Below are positions 14,468-22,499 of a stretch of 32,000 bases of DNA, in pieces. Made by a program: the position numbers and the translations under genes. The notes below the pieces were generated by a model. It was not told where the DNA came from and searched no databases. It saw only the letters and a list, made by a program, of their open reading frames with translations. How positions within the stretch are numbered: the first letter of the stretch is position 1; each line of letters begins with the position of its first letter. The stretch is taken from assembly GCF_000189295.2 (NCBI RefSeq), contig NC_016803.1, forward strand, positions 3,030,001-3,062,000. Reading direction: 5' to 3'. This DNA is from Pseudodesulfovibrio mercurii. GTDB lineage: Bacteria; Desulfobacterota; Desulfovibrionia; Desulfovibrionales; Desulfovibrionaceae.

Positions 14468-16879
14468 ATGCCGAAAGATTTGATCATCGTCGAGTCCCCC
14501 GCCAAGGTGAAGACCATCTCCAAGTTCCTGGGAAAGGACTACATGGTGGACGCCTCTGTGGGCCACGTGCGCGACCTGCCCACCCGCGACCTGGGCGTGG
14601 ACGAGGAGAACGACTTCGCCCCGCACTATGAGATCATCCAGGGCAAGGAGGACGTGGTCAAGCGCCTCAAGGCCGCGGCCAAGAAGGCGGACACCGTCTA
14701 TCTCGCGCCCGACCCGGACCGCGAGGGAGAGGCCATCGCCTGGCACGTGGCCGAGCTGCTCCGGCCGGTGAACGACAACATCCGGCGCATCCAGTTCAAC
14801 GAGATCACCTCCCGGGCGGTCAAGGAGGCCCTGGCCCACGCCCAGGACCTGAACGAGAACCTGTTCGACTCCCAGCAGGCCCGGCGCATCCTGGACCGGC
14901 TGGTGGGCTACAAGATTTCGCCCATCCTGTGGAAGAACGTGAAGCGCGGTATCTCGGCCGGGCGCGTGCAGTCCGTGGCGCTCAAGATCCTGGTGGAGCG
15001 CGAAAAGGAGCGGCGCGCCTTCAAGGCGGACGAATACTGGCCGTTCAAGGTCCTCCTGGCGGGCGGAAACCCGCCGCCGTTCTGGATGGACCTGCACAAG
15101 CTCGAAGGCAAGGCGGTCAAGCCGGGGGCCAACCACATCTCCACCGCGAGCGAGGCCGAGGCCTTGCAGGCCCTGCTCGAACAGGGCGCGTTCACCGTGG
15201 ACTCGGTGCAGGAAAAGCAGCGCAAGCGCCAGCCCCTGCCGCCGTACATCACCTCTACCCTGCAACAGGACGCCAACCGGCGCATGGGCTATTCGGCCAA
15301 GCGGACCATGTCCATCGCCCAGCGACTCTACGAGGGCGTCGAGCTCGGCAGCCGGGGCACCACCGCCCTGATCACCTACATGCGTACCGACTCCGTGCGC
15401 ATCGCCAAGGAGGCCCAGGAAGCGGCCAAGGAGCTGATCCTGGAGATGTTCGGGGCGGACTACTATCCGTCCAAGACCCGGAATTTCAAGACCAAGGGCG
15501 GGGCCCAGGACGCGCATGAAGCCATCCGGCCGGTCGACGTGGCCATCACGCCCGAAAGCGTGAAGAGCTTCCTCCCGGCCGAGCAGTACAAGCTCTACCG
15601 GCTCATCTGGCAGCGGTTCGTAGGCTCGCAGATGGCCTCGGCCACCTTCTGGGACACCACCGTGCTGGTCAACGCCCCGCAGACCGTGTGGCGCGCCAAG
15701 GGCGAGCGGCTGCTCTTCGCCGGTTTCCTGGCGGCCATGGACAAGGCCGGTTCCGAGGACGACGTGGAGCTGCCCAAGCTGCATGAGGGAGAGGTCCTGC
15801 AACTCAACGAGCTGAAAAAGGAACAGAAGTTCACCCAGCCGCCGCCGCGCTACTCCGAAGCGTCGCTGGTCAAGACCCTGGAGGAGCTGGGCATCGGCCG
15901 GCCGTCCACCTACGCGGCCATTATCTCCACCCTGATCGACCGCGAGTACGCCCGGCTCGAGGAGAAGCGGTTCGTGCCCACCGAGCTGGGCTTCACCGTG
16001 TCCGACCAGCTGTCCGAGCACTTCCAGGCCCTCATGGATGTGGGCTTCACCGCCCAGATGGAGTCCCTGCTCGACGACGTGGCCGACGGCAAGAAGAACT
16101 GGGGGGAACTGCTCCGTGACTTCGGCGGCGACTTCTACCCCACCCTGGAAAAGGCGCGCACCGAGATGGCCCGGTCCCAGCAGGTCACGGACATCAACTG
16201 CGACCAGTGCGGCAAGCCCATGGCCATCAAGTTCGGCAAGACCGGCGAATTCCTGGGCTGCACCGGGTTCCCGACCTGCCGGAACATCAAGAACTTCACC
16301 CGCGACGAGGAAGGCCACATCCACGTGGTCGAGCGCGAAAAGCCCGAGGACACCGGGGTCATCTGCGAAAAGTGCGGCCGCCCCATGGCCATCAAGCAGT
16401 CCCGGCGCGGCGAGTTCCTGGGCTGCACCGGCTACCCGGACTGCAAGTCCATCGTCAACTTCACCCGCGACGAGGAAGGCAACATCAAGGTTGTGGAGTC
16501 GGAAAAGCCCGAGGTGGTCGGCGTCTGCCCGGACTGCGGCGGCGAACTGCTGCTCAAGAAGGCGCGCACCGGCTCGCGCTTCATCGCCTGCTCCAACTAC
16601 CCGGACTGCACCTACGCCGCCCCGTACTCCACGGGCGTGCCCTGCCCGCGCGAAGGGTGCACCGGCGAACTGGTGGAGAAATCCTCGCGCCGGGGCAAGA
16701 TATTCTACTCCTGCTCCGAATACCCCAAGTGTGACTACGCGGTCTGGAACTGGCCCATCAACGAGCACTGCCCCAAGTGCGACCATCCCATCCTCGTGCG
16801 CAAGACCACCAGGGACAAGGGCGACCACATCGCCTGCCCTAAGAAGGGCTGCGATTATACTCGTCCTGTGGACGAGTAG
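14468..16879 (+). CDS. topA: DNA topoisomerase I
   Basis: 803 aa. N-terminal Toprim MPKDLIIVESPAKVKTISKFLG. Active-site region ITYMRTDS. Five C-terminal Cys4 zinc-ribbon units, e.g. CDQCGKPM...CTGFPTC and CEKCGRPM...CTGYPDC. Confidence 0.97.
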   Translation: MPKDLIIVESPAKVKTISKFLGKDYMVDASVGHVRDLPTRDLGVDEENDFAPHYEIIQGKEDVVKRLKAAAKKADTVYLAPDPDREGEAIAWHVAELLRPVNDNIRRIQFNEITSRAVKEALAHAQDLNENLFDSQQARRILDRLVGYKISPILWKNVKRGISAGRVQSVALKILVEREKERRAFKADEYWPFKVLLAGGNPPPFWMDLHKLEGKAVKPGANHISTASEAEALQALLEQGAFTVDSVQEKQRKRQPLPPYITSTLQQDANRRMGYSAKRTMSIAQRLYEGVELGSRGTTALITYMRTDSVRIAKEAQEAAKELILEMFGADYYPSKTRNFKTKGGAQDAHEAIRPVDVAITPESVKSFLPAEQYKLYRLIWQRFVGSQMASATFWDTTVLVNAPQTVWRAKGERLLFAGFLAAMDKAGSEDDVELPKLHEGEVLQLNELKKEQKFTQPPPRYSEASLVKTLEELGIGRPSTYAAIISTLIDREYARLEEKRFVPTELGFTVSDQLSEHFQALMDVGFTAQMESLLDDVADGKKNWGELLRDFGGDFYPTLEKARTEMARSQQVTDINCDQCGKPMAIKFGKTGEFLGCTGFPTCRNIKNFTRDEEGHIHVVEREKPEDTGVICEKCGRPMAIKQSRRGEFLGCTGYPDCKSIVNFTRDEEGNIKVVESEKPEVVGVCPDCGGELLLKKARTGSRFIACSNYPDCTYAAPYSTGVPCPREGCTGELVEKSSRRGKIFYSCSEYPKCDYAVWNWPINEHCPKCDHPILVRKTTRDKGDHIACPKKGCDYTRPVDE

Positions 16880-16893
16880 CGCGCGCGGGGGGC

Positions 16894-17066
16894 GGCTTCC
16901 GATAGCGGGCCATCCGCACATTTTTTCCGGCCGCGCCAATCCTCACGTAGACGGCTATCGCTGCTGTCGTCATCTCTAAGACCGAGCAAGCTCGGCCTAA
17001 GAGCTGAGGCACGCTGCGGTTGTCGCGGCCGGAAGAAAATGCACGGCTGACCCACTCTCGAAAGCC
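16894..17066. repeat. Repeat family 2, copy A: 173-nt extended imperfect hairpin element
   Basis: The 32-nt arm GGCTTCCGATAGCGGGCCATCCGCACATTTTT pairs with AAAATGCACGGCTGACCCACTCTCGAAAGCC. There is a perfect inner 9-bp stem CCGGCCGCG/CGCGGCCGG (16927-16935 and 17024-17032). Both arms recur essentially unchanged at 24601-24722. Confidence 0.85.
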
Positions 17067-17078
17067 TAGTGCGAGCGC

Positions 17079-17276
17079 GGGGGAGAGAGCCGCTGTCGGG
17101 TGCTGCGCACCCGAGTCGCTCCAGTTGGGGGAGTTGGGACGTTTTTTATTCCCTTTGAATGGCGGGCTTTCGGGTGGCTGCGCCGCCCGAATCGCTCCAG
17201 TTGGGGGAGGGGGGGTATACCGCATTGGCTGGTGGGCTGTCGGGTGCCTGTGGCACCCGAGGCGCGTTGGTGGGTG
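17079..17276 (+). repeat. Repeat family 3, array A: three REP-like ~45-nt units with hairpin cores
   Basis: Units follow the pattern GCTGTCGGGTGC-N3-GCACCCGA(G/A)TCGCTCCAGTTGGGGGA. Hairpin cores at 17096-17114, 17169-17191 and 17240-17260. Three more units at 24740-24890 have the same orientation and the same position relative to a family-2 copy. Confidence 0.8.
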
Positions 17277-17530
17277 TCGGCAAGTTTTTTTGAAAAATGT
17301 TGCCGGCGTTGATCCAGGTCAATGTTTTTTGGGCTGGGGGGTGTAGAAGGGAGGTGCGGATGGGGCATGACCGGCCCCGACGCGCATGACATACTCTCTA
17401 CCATGGGCGGTCCAGCCATTCCGCCCGAACGTCACACCCTACATCCTCCCCAAGAAGGCCGCCTGTCCCGGGCGGCCTTCCTGCTTGCGGAGGGCTGGAT
17501 TGTTTCCCGGAAACAACGTATTTCCTGCCC

Positions 17531-18208
17531 ATGCCCGATACCACCCCCTCCCGTGACGACGTGCTGGCCGCCGCGCGCAGCCTGGGCCGCGACCTGGCCC
17601 CGGACCGGGCCGAACTGCTGGCCGCGTACCTGGACCAGCTTATGAAGTGGAACCGCAAGATGAACCTGGTCGGCCCGTCCGACTGGCGGACAGTGTTCGA
17701 CCGGCTGGTGGTGGATTCCCTGTTCCTGGCCGACTTCGTGACCGGGTTGCGCCTGCCCGAGCGGCCGCTGTGCCTCGACTTCGGGGCCGGGGCCGGGCTG
17801 CCCGGCATCCCCCTGCGCGTGCTCTGGCAGGACGGCGACTACTGGCTGGTGGAGGTGCGCGAGAAGCGGGCCACCTTCATGAAGAGCGTGCTCGGTCGCC
17901 TCGACCTGCCCGCCACCAACGTCTTCCTGGGTCGGGCCGAAGACGCCCTGGACCGGCTGTCCCGGTCCGGGCACCAGGCCACCGCCGACCTCATCCTCAG
18001 CCGCGCCTTCATGCCCTGGCAGAAACTCCTCGACTTCATTCACCCCATGCTCCGCCGCGACACGGAACGCACCGGCGTCGCCGTGATCCTCTCCAACGAC
18101 CCGCCGCCCGCCGAAAACGACATCCCCGCGGGCTGGCGCCTCGGCGACGCGGCCAGCTACCCGGCGGCCGGGACGGAGCGCTACTTCTGGTCGTTCCTGG
18201 TCGAGTAG
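17531..18208 (+). CDS. rsmG: 16S rRNA (guanine527-N7)-methyltransferase RsmG (GidB)
   Basis: 225 aa. YLDQLMKWNRKMNLVG, SAM-binding CLDFGAGAGLPGIPL, and overall GidB layout. Confidence 0.9.
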   Translation: MPDTTPSRDDVLAAARSLGRDLAPDRAELLAAYLDQLMKWNRKMNLVGPSDWRTVFDRLVVDSLFLADFVTGLRLPERPLCLDFGAGAGLPGIPLRVLWQDGDYWLVEVREKRATFMKSVLGRLDLPATNVFLGRAEDALDRLSRSGHQATADLILSRAFMPWQKLLDFIHPMLRRDTERTGVAVILSNDPPPAENDIPAGWRLGDAASYPAAGTERYFWSFLVE

Positions 18209-18229
18209 AGAAAAGCATGCCTCCGGCGG

Positions 18230-18265
18230 CCAGAGGGGAAACTTTCGAGAAAGTTTCCCCTCTGG
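18230..18265 (+). terminator. Perfect 17-bp inverted repeat downstream of rsmG
   Basis: CCAGAGGGGAAACTTTC-GA-GAAAGTTTCCCCTCTGG begins 22 nt after the rsmG stop. A T5 run follows 15 nt later (18281-18285), so the geometry is not canonical. Confidence 0.5.
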
Positions 18266-18311
18266 ACTCCCCTTCAAAGCTTTTTATCGCGCCTTCGGCG
18301 AGACCGTGCGC

Positions 18312-18360
18312 GCGCCAAAGGAAAACCCCGGCTCAACGAACCGGGGTTTTCCTTTGGCGC
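18312..18360. terminator. Perfect 20-bp stem hairpin in the rsmG/cysS convergent spacer
   Basis: GCGCCAAAGGAAAACCCCGG, a 9-nt loop, then CCGGGGTTTTCCTTTGGCGC. Seen directly. No flanking U-run on either strand. Confidence 0.45.
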
Positions 18361-18364
18361 ACTC

Positions 18365-18478
18365 CGCGAAGCGGCGCTAAAAAGTTTAGGAGGGAAAGGG
18401 GGAAGGGGGTCCGGGGGAAGGGGGAAAGGGAAGCCCTTTTCAAAGGGTTCCTTCCCCCTTCCCCCGGCCGCCGGAGGC
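18365..18478. repeat. Repeat family 1, copy 2
   Basis: CGCGAAGCGGCGCTAAAAAGTTTAGGAGGGAAAGGGGGAAGGGGGTCCGGGGGAAGGGGGAAAGGGAAGCCCTTTTCAAAGGGTTCCTTCCCCCTTCCCCCGGCCGCCGGAGGC. It lies 12 nt downstream of the cysS stop at 18490 and is collinear with 12794-12910. Confidence 0.85.
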
Positions 18479-18489
18479 ATTCTTCTCCC

Positions 18490-19947
18490 CTACAGCACGT
18501 CCCAGGTGGCGCCTTGGGGGGTGTCGTGGACTTCGACCTGCATGGCGGCGAGTTCGTCGCGGATGGCGTCGGACCGGGCGAAGTCCTTGTCCTTGCGTGC
18601 CTGGGCGCGGGCGTCCAGGAGTTCCCGGACCTTGGCCGGGTCGATGCCCGCGCGCGCGGCGCGGCTGTCGCGCAGTTCCAGGAGGAACTCGGCGGGCTTG
18701 CGCTCGAAAATGCCGAGGACAGAGGCCCAGTCGGCCATGTCGGCCTTGATCCGGGCGAAGAGGTCGCGGCCGCCTTCGGACTTGCGCAGGTTCTTGTCCT
18801 CGGCCACGCGCCCGGCCAGGCGGATGGCGGAGAAGACGTGGCCGAGCGCCCCGGCGGTGTTCAGGTCGTCGGCCATGGCCTCGGCGAAGTGCTTTTCGAG
18901 GTCGTCCAGTTCCTTGACCAGTTCCTCGGGGAACGGGGATTTCTTCCACTTGTCCCTGGCCAGTTCCTCGTCGATCTGGTTCAGGGCGGAATAGATGCGC
19001 TTGAGGCCCTTTTCGGCCTCTTCCAGGGCGTCGAAGGAGAAGTCCAGGGGGCTGCGATAGTGCATGGTCAGCAGGAAGTAGCGCAGGGTCTCGGGCAGGA
19101 ACTTGGCCAGGATGTCGCGGATGGTGAAGAAGTTGCCGAGCGACTTGGACATCTTCTCGGAGTTGATCTGGACGAAGCCGTTGTGCACCCAGTAGTTGGC
19201 GAAGGGCTTGCCCGTGGCGGCCTCGCTCTGGGCCACCTCGTTCTCGTGGTGGGGGAAGGCCAGGTCCTGGCCGCCGCCGTGGATGTCCAGCGGCAGGTCC
19301 GCGTATTTTTCGGACATGGCCGAGCACTCCAGGTGCCAGCCGGGACGGCCCTTGCCCCACGGGGATTCCCAGAACGGCTCGCCGGGCTTGGCCGCCTTCC
19401 ACAGGGCGAAGTCCAGCGGGTCCTCCTTCTCCTCGCCCGGGGCGATGCGCGCGCCGGACTCCAGCTCGTCGATGTTCCGGCCGGACAGCTTGCCGTACCC
19501 CTCGAAGGAGCGGACCTTGAAATAGACGTCCCCGGACGGGGTGGCGTAGGCGTGGCCCTTGTCGATGAGCCGCTGGGTCAGGGCGATCATCTCCGGGATG
19601 TGCTCGGTGCACTTGGGCTCCACGCTGGGCCGTTCGATGTTCAGGCGGTCCATGTCCACGTAGAACTCGCCGATGAACTTCTCGGCGATCTCGCTGGCCT
19701 CCTTGCCCACCTCGTTGGCGCGCTTGATGATCTTGTCGTCGATGTCCGTGAAGTTGCGGATGAAGTTGACGTCATACCCCTCGTGCTTGAGGTAGCGATA
19801 GAGCACGTCGAAGACCACGCTGGAGCGGGCGTGGCCGATGTGGCAGAGGTCGTAGGCCGTGATGCCGCAGACGTACATGTTCACGTCGTTGTTGTGGGCC
19901 GGGGTGAATTCTTCTTTCCGCCGTTTGAGGGTATTGTAGAGTCTCAT
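18490..19947 (-). CDS. cysS: Cysteine--tRNA ligase
   Basis: 485 aa. HIGH-type motif CHIGHARS, KMSKSLGNFF, and Zn-binding Cys context VCGITAYD. Confidence 0.97.
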   Translation of the reverse strand: MRLYNTLKRRKEEFTPAHNNDVNMYVCGITAYDLCHIGHARSSVVFDVLYRYLKHEGYDVNFIRNFTDIDDKIIKRANEVGKEASEIAEKFIGEFYVDMDRLNIERPSVEPKCTEHIPEMIALTQRLIDKGHAYATPSGDVYFKVRSFEGYGKLSGRNIDELESGARIAPGEEKEDPLDFALWKAAKPGEPFWESPWGKGRPGWHLECSAMSEKYADLPLDIHGGGQDLAFPHHENEVAQSEAATGKPFANYWVHNGFVQINSEKMSKSLGNFFTIRDILAKFLPETLRYFLLTMHYRSPLDFSFDALEEAEKGLKRIYSALNQIDEELARDKWKKSPFPEELVKELDDLEKHFAEAMADDLNTAGALGHVFSAIRLAGRVAEDKNLRKSEGGRDLFARIKADMADWASVLGIFERKPAEFLLELRDSRAARAGIDPAKVRELLDARAQARKDKDFARSDAIRDELAAMQVEVHDTPQGATWDVL

Positions 19948-19990
19948 TGGATTACTCCATTTTTATTGTATTGAAATACTTCAACTTCGA

Positions 19991-20878
19991 TTAAATTTTA
20001 CCCGCCGGGCCATTGTCCACGCGGACGTTCAGGAGGTCCAGGTTCTCGAACAGGTCCCGGCCCATGAAGAAGTACAGCACGGGCACGGACTCCGCCGGGT
20101 TGGCGGACACGGTCAGTGTGCCGGGATCGTTCAGGAAGGTCTTCAGGCCGAGCATGGTCTCGCGGGCCGGTTCGTTGGCCTGGGTCTCGGCGTAGGCGGC
20201 CAGGCCGTCCAGTTCGGCGCTGATCCTGCCCAGGGTGGTGGTCTCTGACAGCCCCATGCGCCGGGCCCAGTCCGCGCTGACCAGGCGCATGAACTCGCGG
20301 TTGTCGAAGGTCAGGACCGCCTTGCGGATGCCCAGGGCGAAGCTTTGCTCCGGGCGGAACCCGGTCAGGTTCAGGTTGTCCAGGGAGCCGGTCAACCGCA
20401 GGGCCCCGAGCTTGGGATCGTCCAGGGTGAGGCCCTTGAGCTCCAGGATTTTGGTCTCCGGGTCGTAGGCGTAGTCCAGGGTGCCGTCGCCGGACAGGAC
20501 CTCGATGCCGAGCCCCCGGATGTATCCGGACAATACGCCGAAATTCTGCGGGGACACCTCGATGGTCAGGCCCCTGGCCGCGATGGTCGCGTAGTGGGGG
20601 ATGGGGTTGTTCCGGTCGAAGGCCGCGATGCTGACGGAGTCGGCCTGGATGTGCTGGCCCGAGGGGAACAGGGCGTCCACCCGGTCCAGGACCACGGTGT
20701 GGTCCACGATGTGCACGGTCAGGTCGGCGTAGGACAGGGCCAGGCCGGGCGTCTCGGCCACGGTCCGGGTCAGCTCCTTGTCCACCTCGGCGTTGACGTA
20801 CCACTTCAGGCCGAAGAAACAGATGGCCGCGAAGATGACGAAGGAGAGCAGGAACTTCTTCAGCCCGGACACGATCAC
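19991..20878 (-). CDS. Membrane-anchored hypothetical protein
   Basis: Only the last ~295 codons of ORF-track entry 19991-22180 look real. A GTG at 20878 overlaps the ispDF stop (GTGA). The N-terminal TM is (M)IVSGLKKFLLSFVIFAAICFFGLKWYV, followed by a soluble domain of normal composition. No family recognised. Confidence 0.6.
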   Translation of the reverse strand: MIVSGLKKFLLSFVIFAAICFFGLKWYVNAEVDKELTRTVAETPGLALSYADLTVHIVDHTVVLDRVDALFPSGQHIQADSVSIAAFDRNNPIPHYATIAARGLTIEVSPQNFGVLSGYIRGLGIEVLSGDGTLDYAYDPETKILELKGLTLDDPKLGALRLTGSLDNLNLTGFRPEQSFALGIRKAVLTFDNREFMRLVSADWARRMGLSETTTLGRISAELDGLAAYAETQANEPARETMLGLKTFLNDPGTLTVSANPAESVPVLYFFMGRDLFENLDLLNVRVDNGPAGKI

Positions 20879-22059
20879 ATCTCCCTCAGGCCGGTGACGC
20901 AGGCCACGGCCTTGATGCCTTTCTTTTCGCCGGTGAAGCCGAGCTTCTCCTCGGTGGTGGCCTTGAAGTTGACCTGGTGCGGTTCGAGCCCCAGGAGCCG
21001 GGCCACGTTGCGGGCGATCTGCGCCGCGTGCGGGGCCAGGCGGGGAATCTGGGCGATGACCGTCAGGTCCGCGTGGACCACGCGGGTCCCGGCCCGCTCG
21101 GCCATGGCCATGACCTCGCGCACGAGCATGCCGCTGTCCGCGTTGTCGAAATTCGGGTCCGTGTCCGGAAAGTGGGTGCCGATGTCCCCGCCGCCGAAGG
21201 TGCCGAGCATGGCGTCGGCCAGGGCGTGCAGGAGCACGTCGCCGTCCGAGTGGGCGACCACGGCCGGGCCGCCGGGGATGGGCACGCCGCCCAGGACCAT
21301 GGGCCGGTCGGCCAAGCCGCCGTAGCGGTGCACGTCGTAGCCCCAGCCGATGCAGGGCACGGTGGTCCGCGCCGCGCGCAGCCGTTCCAGGTCCTCGGGC
21401 ACGGTGATCTTGACGTTGCCCGCCTCGCCGGGGATGACCCGGACCTCGGCCAGCCGCTCGACCATGGAGGCGTCGTCCGTGACCTCCCAGCCCTCGGCCA
21501 GGGCACGGTCGTGGGCCTCCCGGAGCAGCGCGGTCTCGAACCCCTGGGGGGTCTGCACCGCGGCCAGTTCGGCCCGGTTCAGGGTCTCGCGCACGGTCCC
21601 GTCCGCGACCCGCTTCACGGTGTCGGTCACGGGGATGGCCGGGATCACGCCGCGCGCGCCCCGGTCCAGAGCCTCGATCAGGTCCGCGATGATCCGGGCC
21701 GAGACGAACGGGCGGGCCGAGTCGTGGACCAGCACCCGGCCGCATTCCTTGGGCAGGGCGGCCAGCCCATTGCGCACCGAGTCCTGACGGCGGGCGCCGC
21801 CCTGGGCCACGGCCCAGCGCACGCCCAGGTCCTCGGTCTTGAAGTACTGGCGCAGCTTCTTTTCCTGGTCCGCCGCATCCTCGGGCGGGAAGACGAAGAC
21901 CAGACCGCTCATCCCGGCCGCGCGGGCGAAGGTCCGGGCGCAGTGCCAGAAGAGCGGCGCGCCCTTGTACTCGAGGTACTGCTTGCGCTCGCCCCCCGTG
22001 GCCTCGGCCAGGCGGGTGCCCGAGCCTGCGGCCAGGATCATGCCCCAGATGTCGTTCAT
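20875..22059 (-). CDS. ispDF: Bifunctional IspD/IspF (2-C-methyl-D-erythritol 4-phosphate cytidylyltransferase / MEcPP synthase)
   Basis: Start at ATG 22059 (MNDIWGMILAAGSGTRLA, IspD glycine-rich motif). The IspF half has IGWGYDVHRY and HSDGDVLLHALADA. The ORF-track extension to 22143 would overlap rnpB. Confidence 0.93.
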   Translation of the reverse strand: MNDIWGMILAAGSGTRLAEATGGERKQYLEYKGAPLFWHCARTFARAAGMSGLVFVFPPEDAADQEKKLRQYFKTEDLGVRWAVAQGGARRQDSVRNGLAALPKECGRVLVHDSARPFVSARIIADLIEALDRGARGVIPAIPVTDTVKRVADGTVRETLNRAELAAVQTPQGFETALLREAHDRALAEGWEVTDDASMVERLAEVRVIPGEAGNVKITVPEDLERLRAARTTVPCIGWGYDVHRYGGLADRPMVLGGVPIPGGPAVVAHSDGDVLLHALADAMLGTFGGGDIGTHFPDTDPNFDNADSGMLVREVMAMAERAGTRVVHADLTVIAQIPRLAPHAAQIARNVARLLGLEPHQVNFKATTEEKLGFTGEKKGIKAVACVTGLREM

Positions 22060-22090
22060 TGCGGTCCCTGCGGTTGCCTGTCGAAATCGG

Positions 22091-22118
22091 GCGCGGGAGA
22101 GGGTGGCCTCCCCCGCGC
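22091..22118 (-). terminator. Hairpin immediately 3' of rnpB and 32 nt upstream of the ispDF start
   Basis: 12-bp stem GCGCGGGAGAGG / CCTCCCCCGCGC with a 4-nt loop. The single non-Watson-Crick position is a G-U on the minus-strand RNA. Only CCGATTTCG follows, so this is a weak or partial terminator. Confidence 0.4.
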
Positions 22119-22125
22119 GGTAACA

Positions 22126-22494
22126 CAAGTCGGAGCCGGTCATAAGCCGGGTTTTGTTCCCCTTGCGGGGTGGTCATCATTCATCTAGGCCGGCCGTTAC
22201 CGGACGGCTCGAGCAACCAACCCGACAGCTCGGCCGGGCCGGCCTCAAACGCTGTCCTATTCGGTCTTGCTCCGGACGGAGTTCACCTGGCCTGCCGCGT
22301 CGCCGCGACAGCCGGTGGGCTCTTACCCCACCGTTTCACCCTTACCGCCGGGAAATCCCGGAGGCGGTCTGCTTTCTGTTGCACTTGACGGGGATCGCTC
22401 CCCCTGGGCGTTACCCAGCGTCCTGCCCTGTGGAGCCCGGACTTTCCTCCCCGGTCGTTGGACCGCGGCGATGACCTGCCCGACTCCGGACTTG
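22126..22494 (-). ncRNA. rnpB: RNase P RNA, bacterial type A
   Basis: Minus strand carries the universal blocks GGAGGAAAGTCCGGGCTCCA (P4 5' side), CAACAGAAAGCAGACC, GGTAAGGGTGAAACGGTGGGGTAAGAGCCCACC, CCTAGATGAATGATGACC and ACAAAACCCGGCTTAT (P4 3' side). P1 pairing is CGGAGTCGG / CCGGCTCCG. Ends are good to about +/-6 nt. Confidence 0.95.
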
Positions 22495-22499
22495 TGATG

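Noticed and set aside
14441-16939. 832-aa minus-strand ORF
   Set aside because: It is exactly antisense to topA, whose product is unmistakable. Its composition is artefactual, and its N-terminus (MCGWPAIGSR) merely reads through the family-2 repeat arm.
17079-17276. Hairpin-containing direct repeats here and at 24740-24890 as a possible CRISPR array
   Set aside because: Units are degenerate and differ in stem sequence. Spacing is irregular, with no unique spacers of uniform length. There are only three units per locus and no cas genes or leader. They fit REP-like elements better.
17647-19974. 775-aa plus-strand ORF, plus 17432-18277 and 18440-19612 on the minus strand
   Set aside because: They overlap rsmG out of frame, are antisense to cysS, and read across the non-coding hairpin and repeat spacer. 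No domains are present and the composition is Arg/Pro/Gly-rich.
20879-22180. Upstream ~430 codons of the 729-aa ORF 19991-22180, and the 20875-22143 extension upstream of 22059
   Set aside because: The first is an off-frame read through ispDF. The real gene starts at the GTG overlapping the ispDF stop. The second would run into rnpB, and the IspD glycine-rich N-terminus begins at ATG 22059.
22154-22497. Three overlapping plus-strand ORFs of 72-106 aa
   Set aside because: They lie entirely within the RNase P RNA gene on the opposite strand. They have no RBS and an Arg/Pro/Gly-rich composition.
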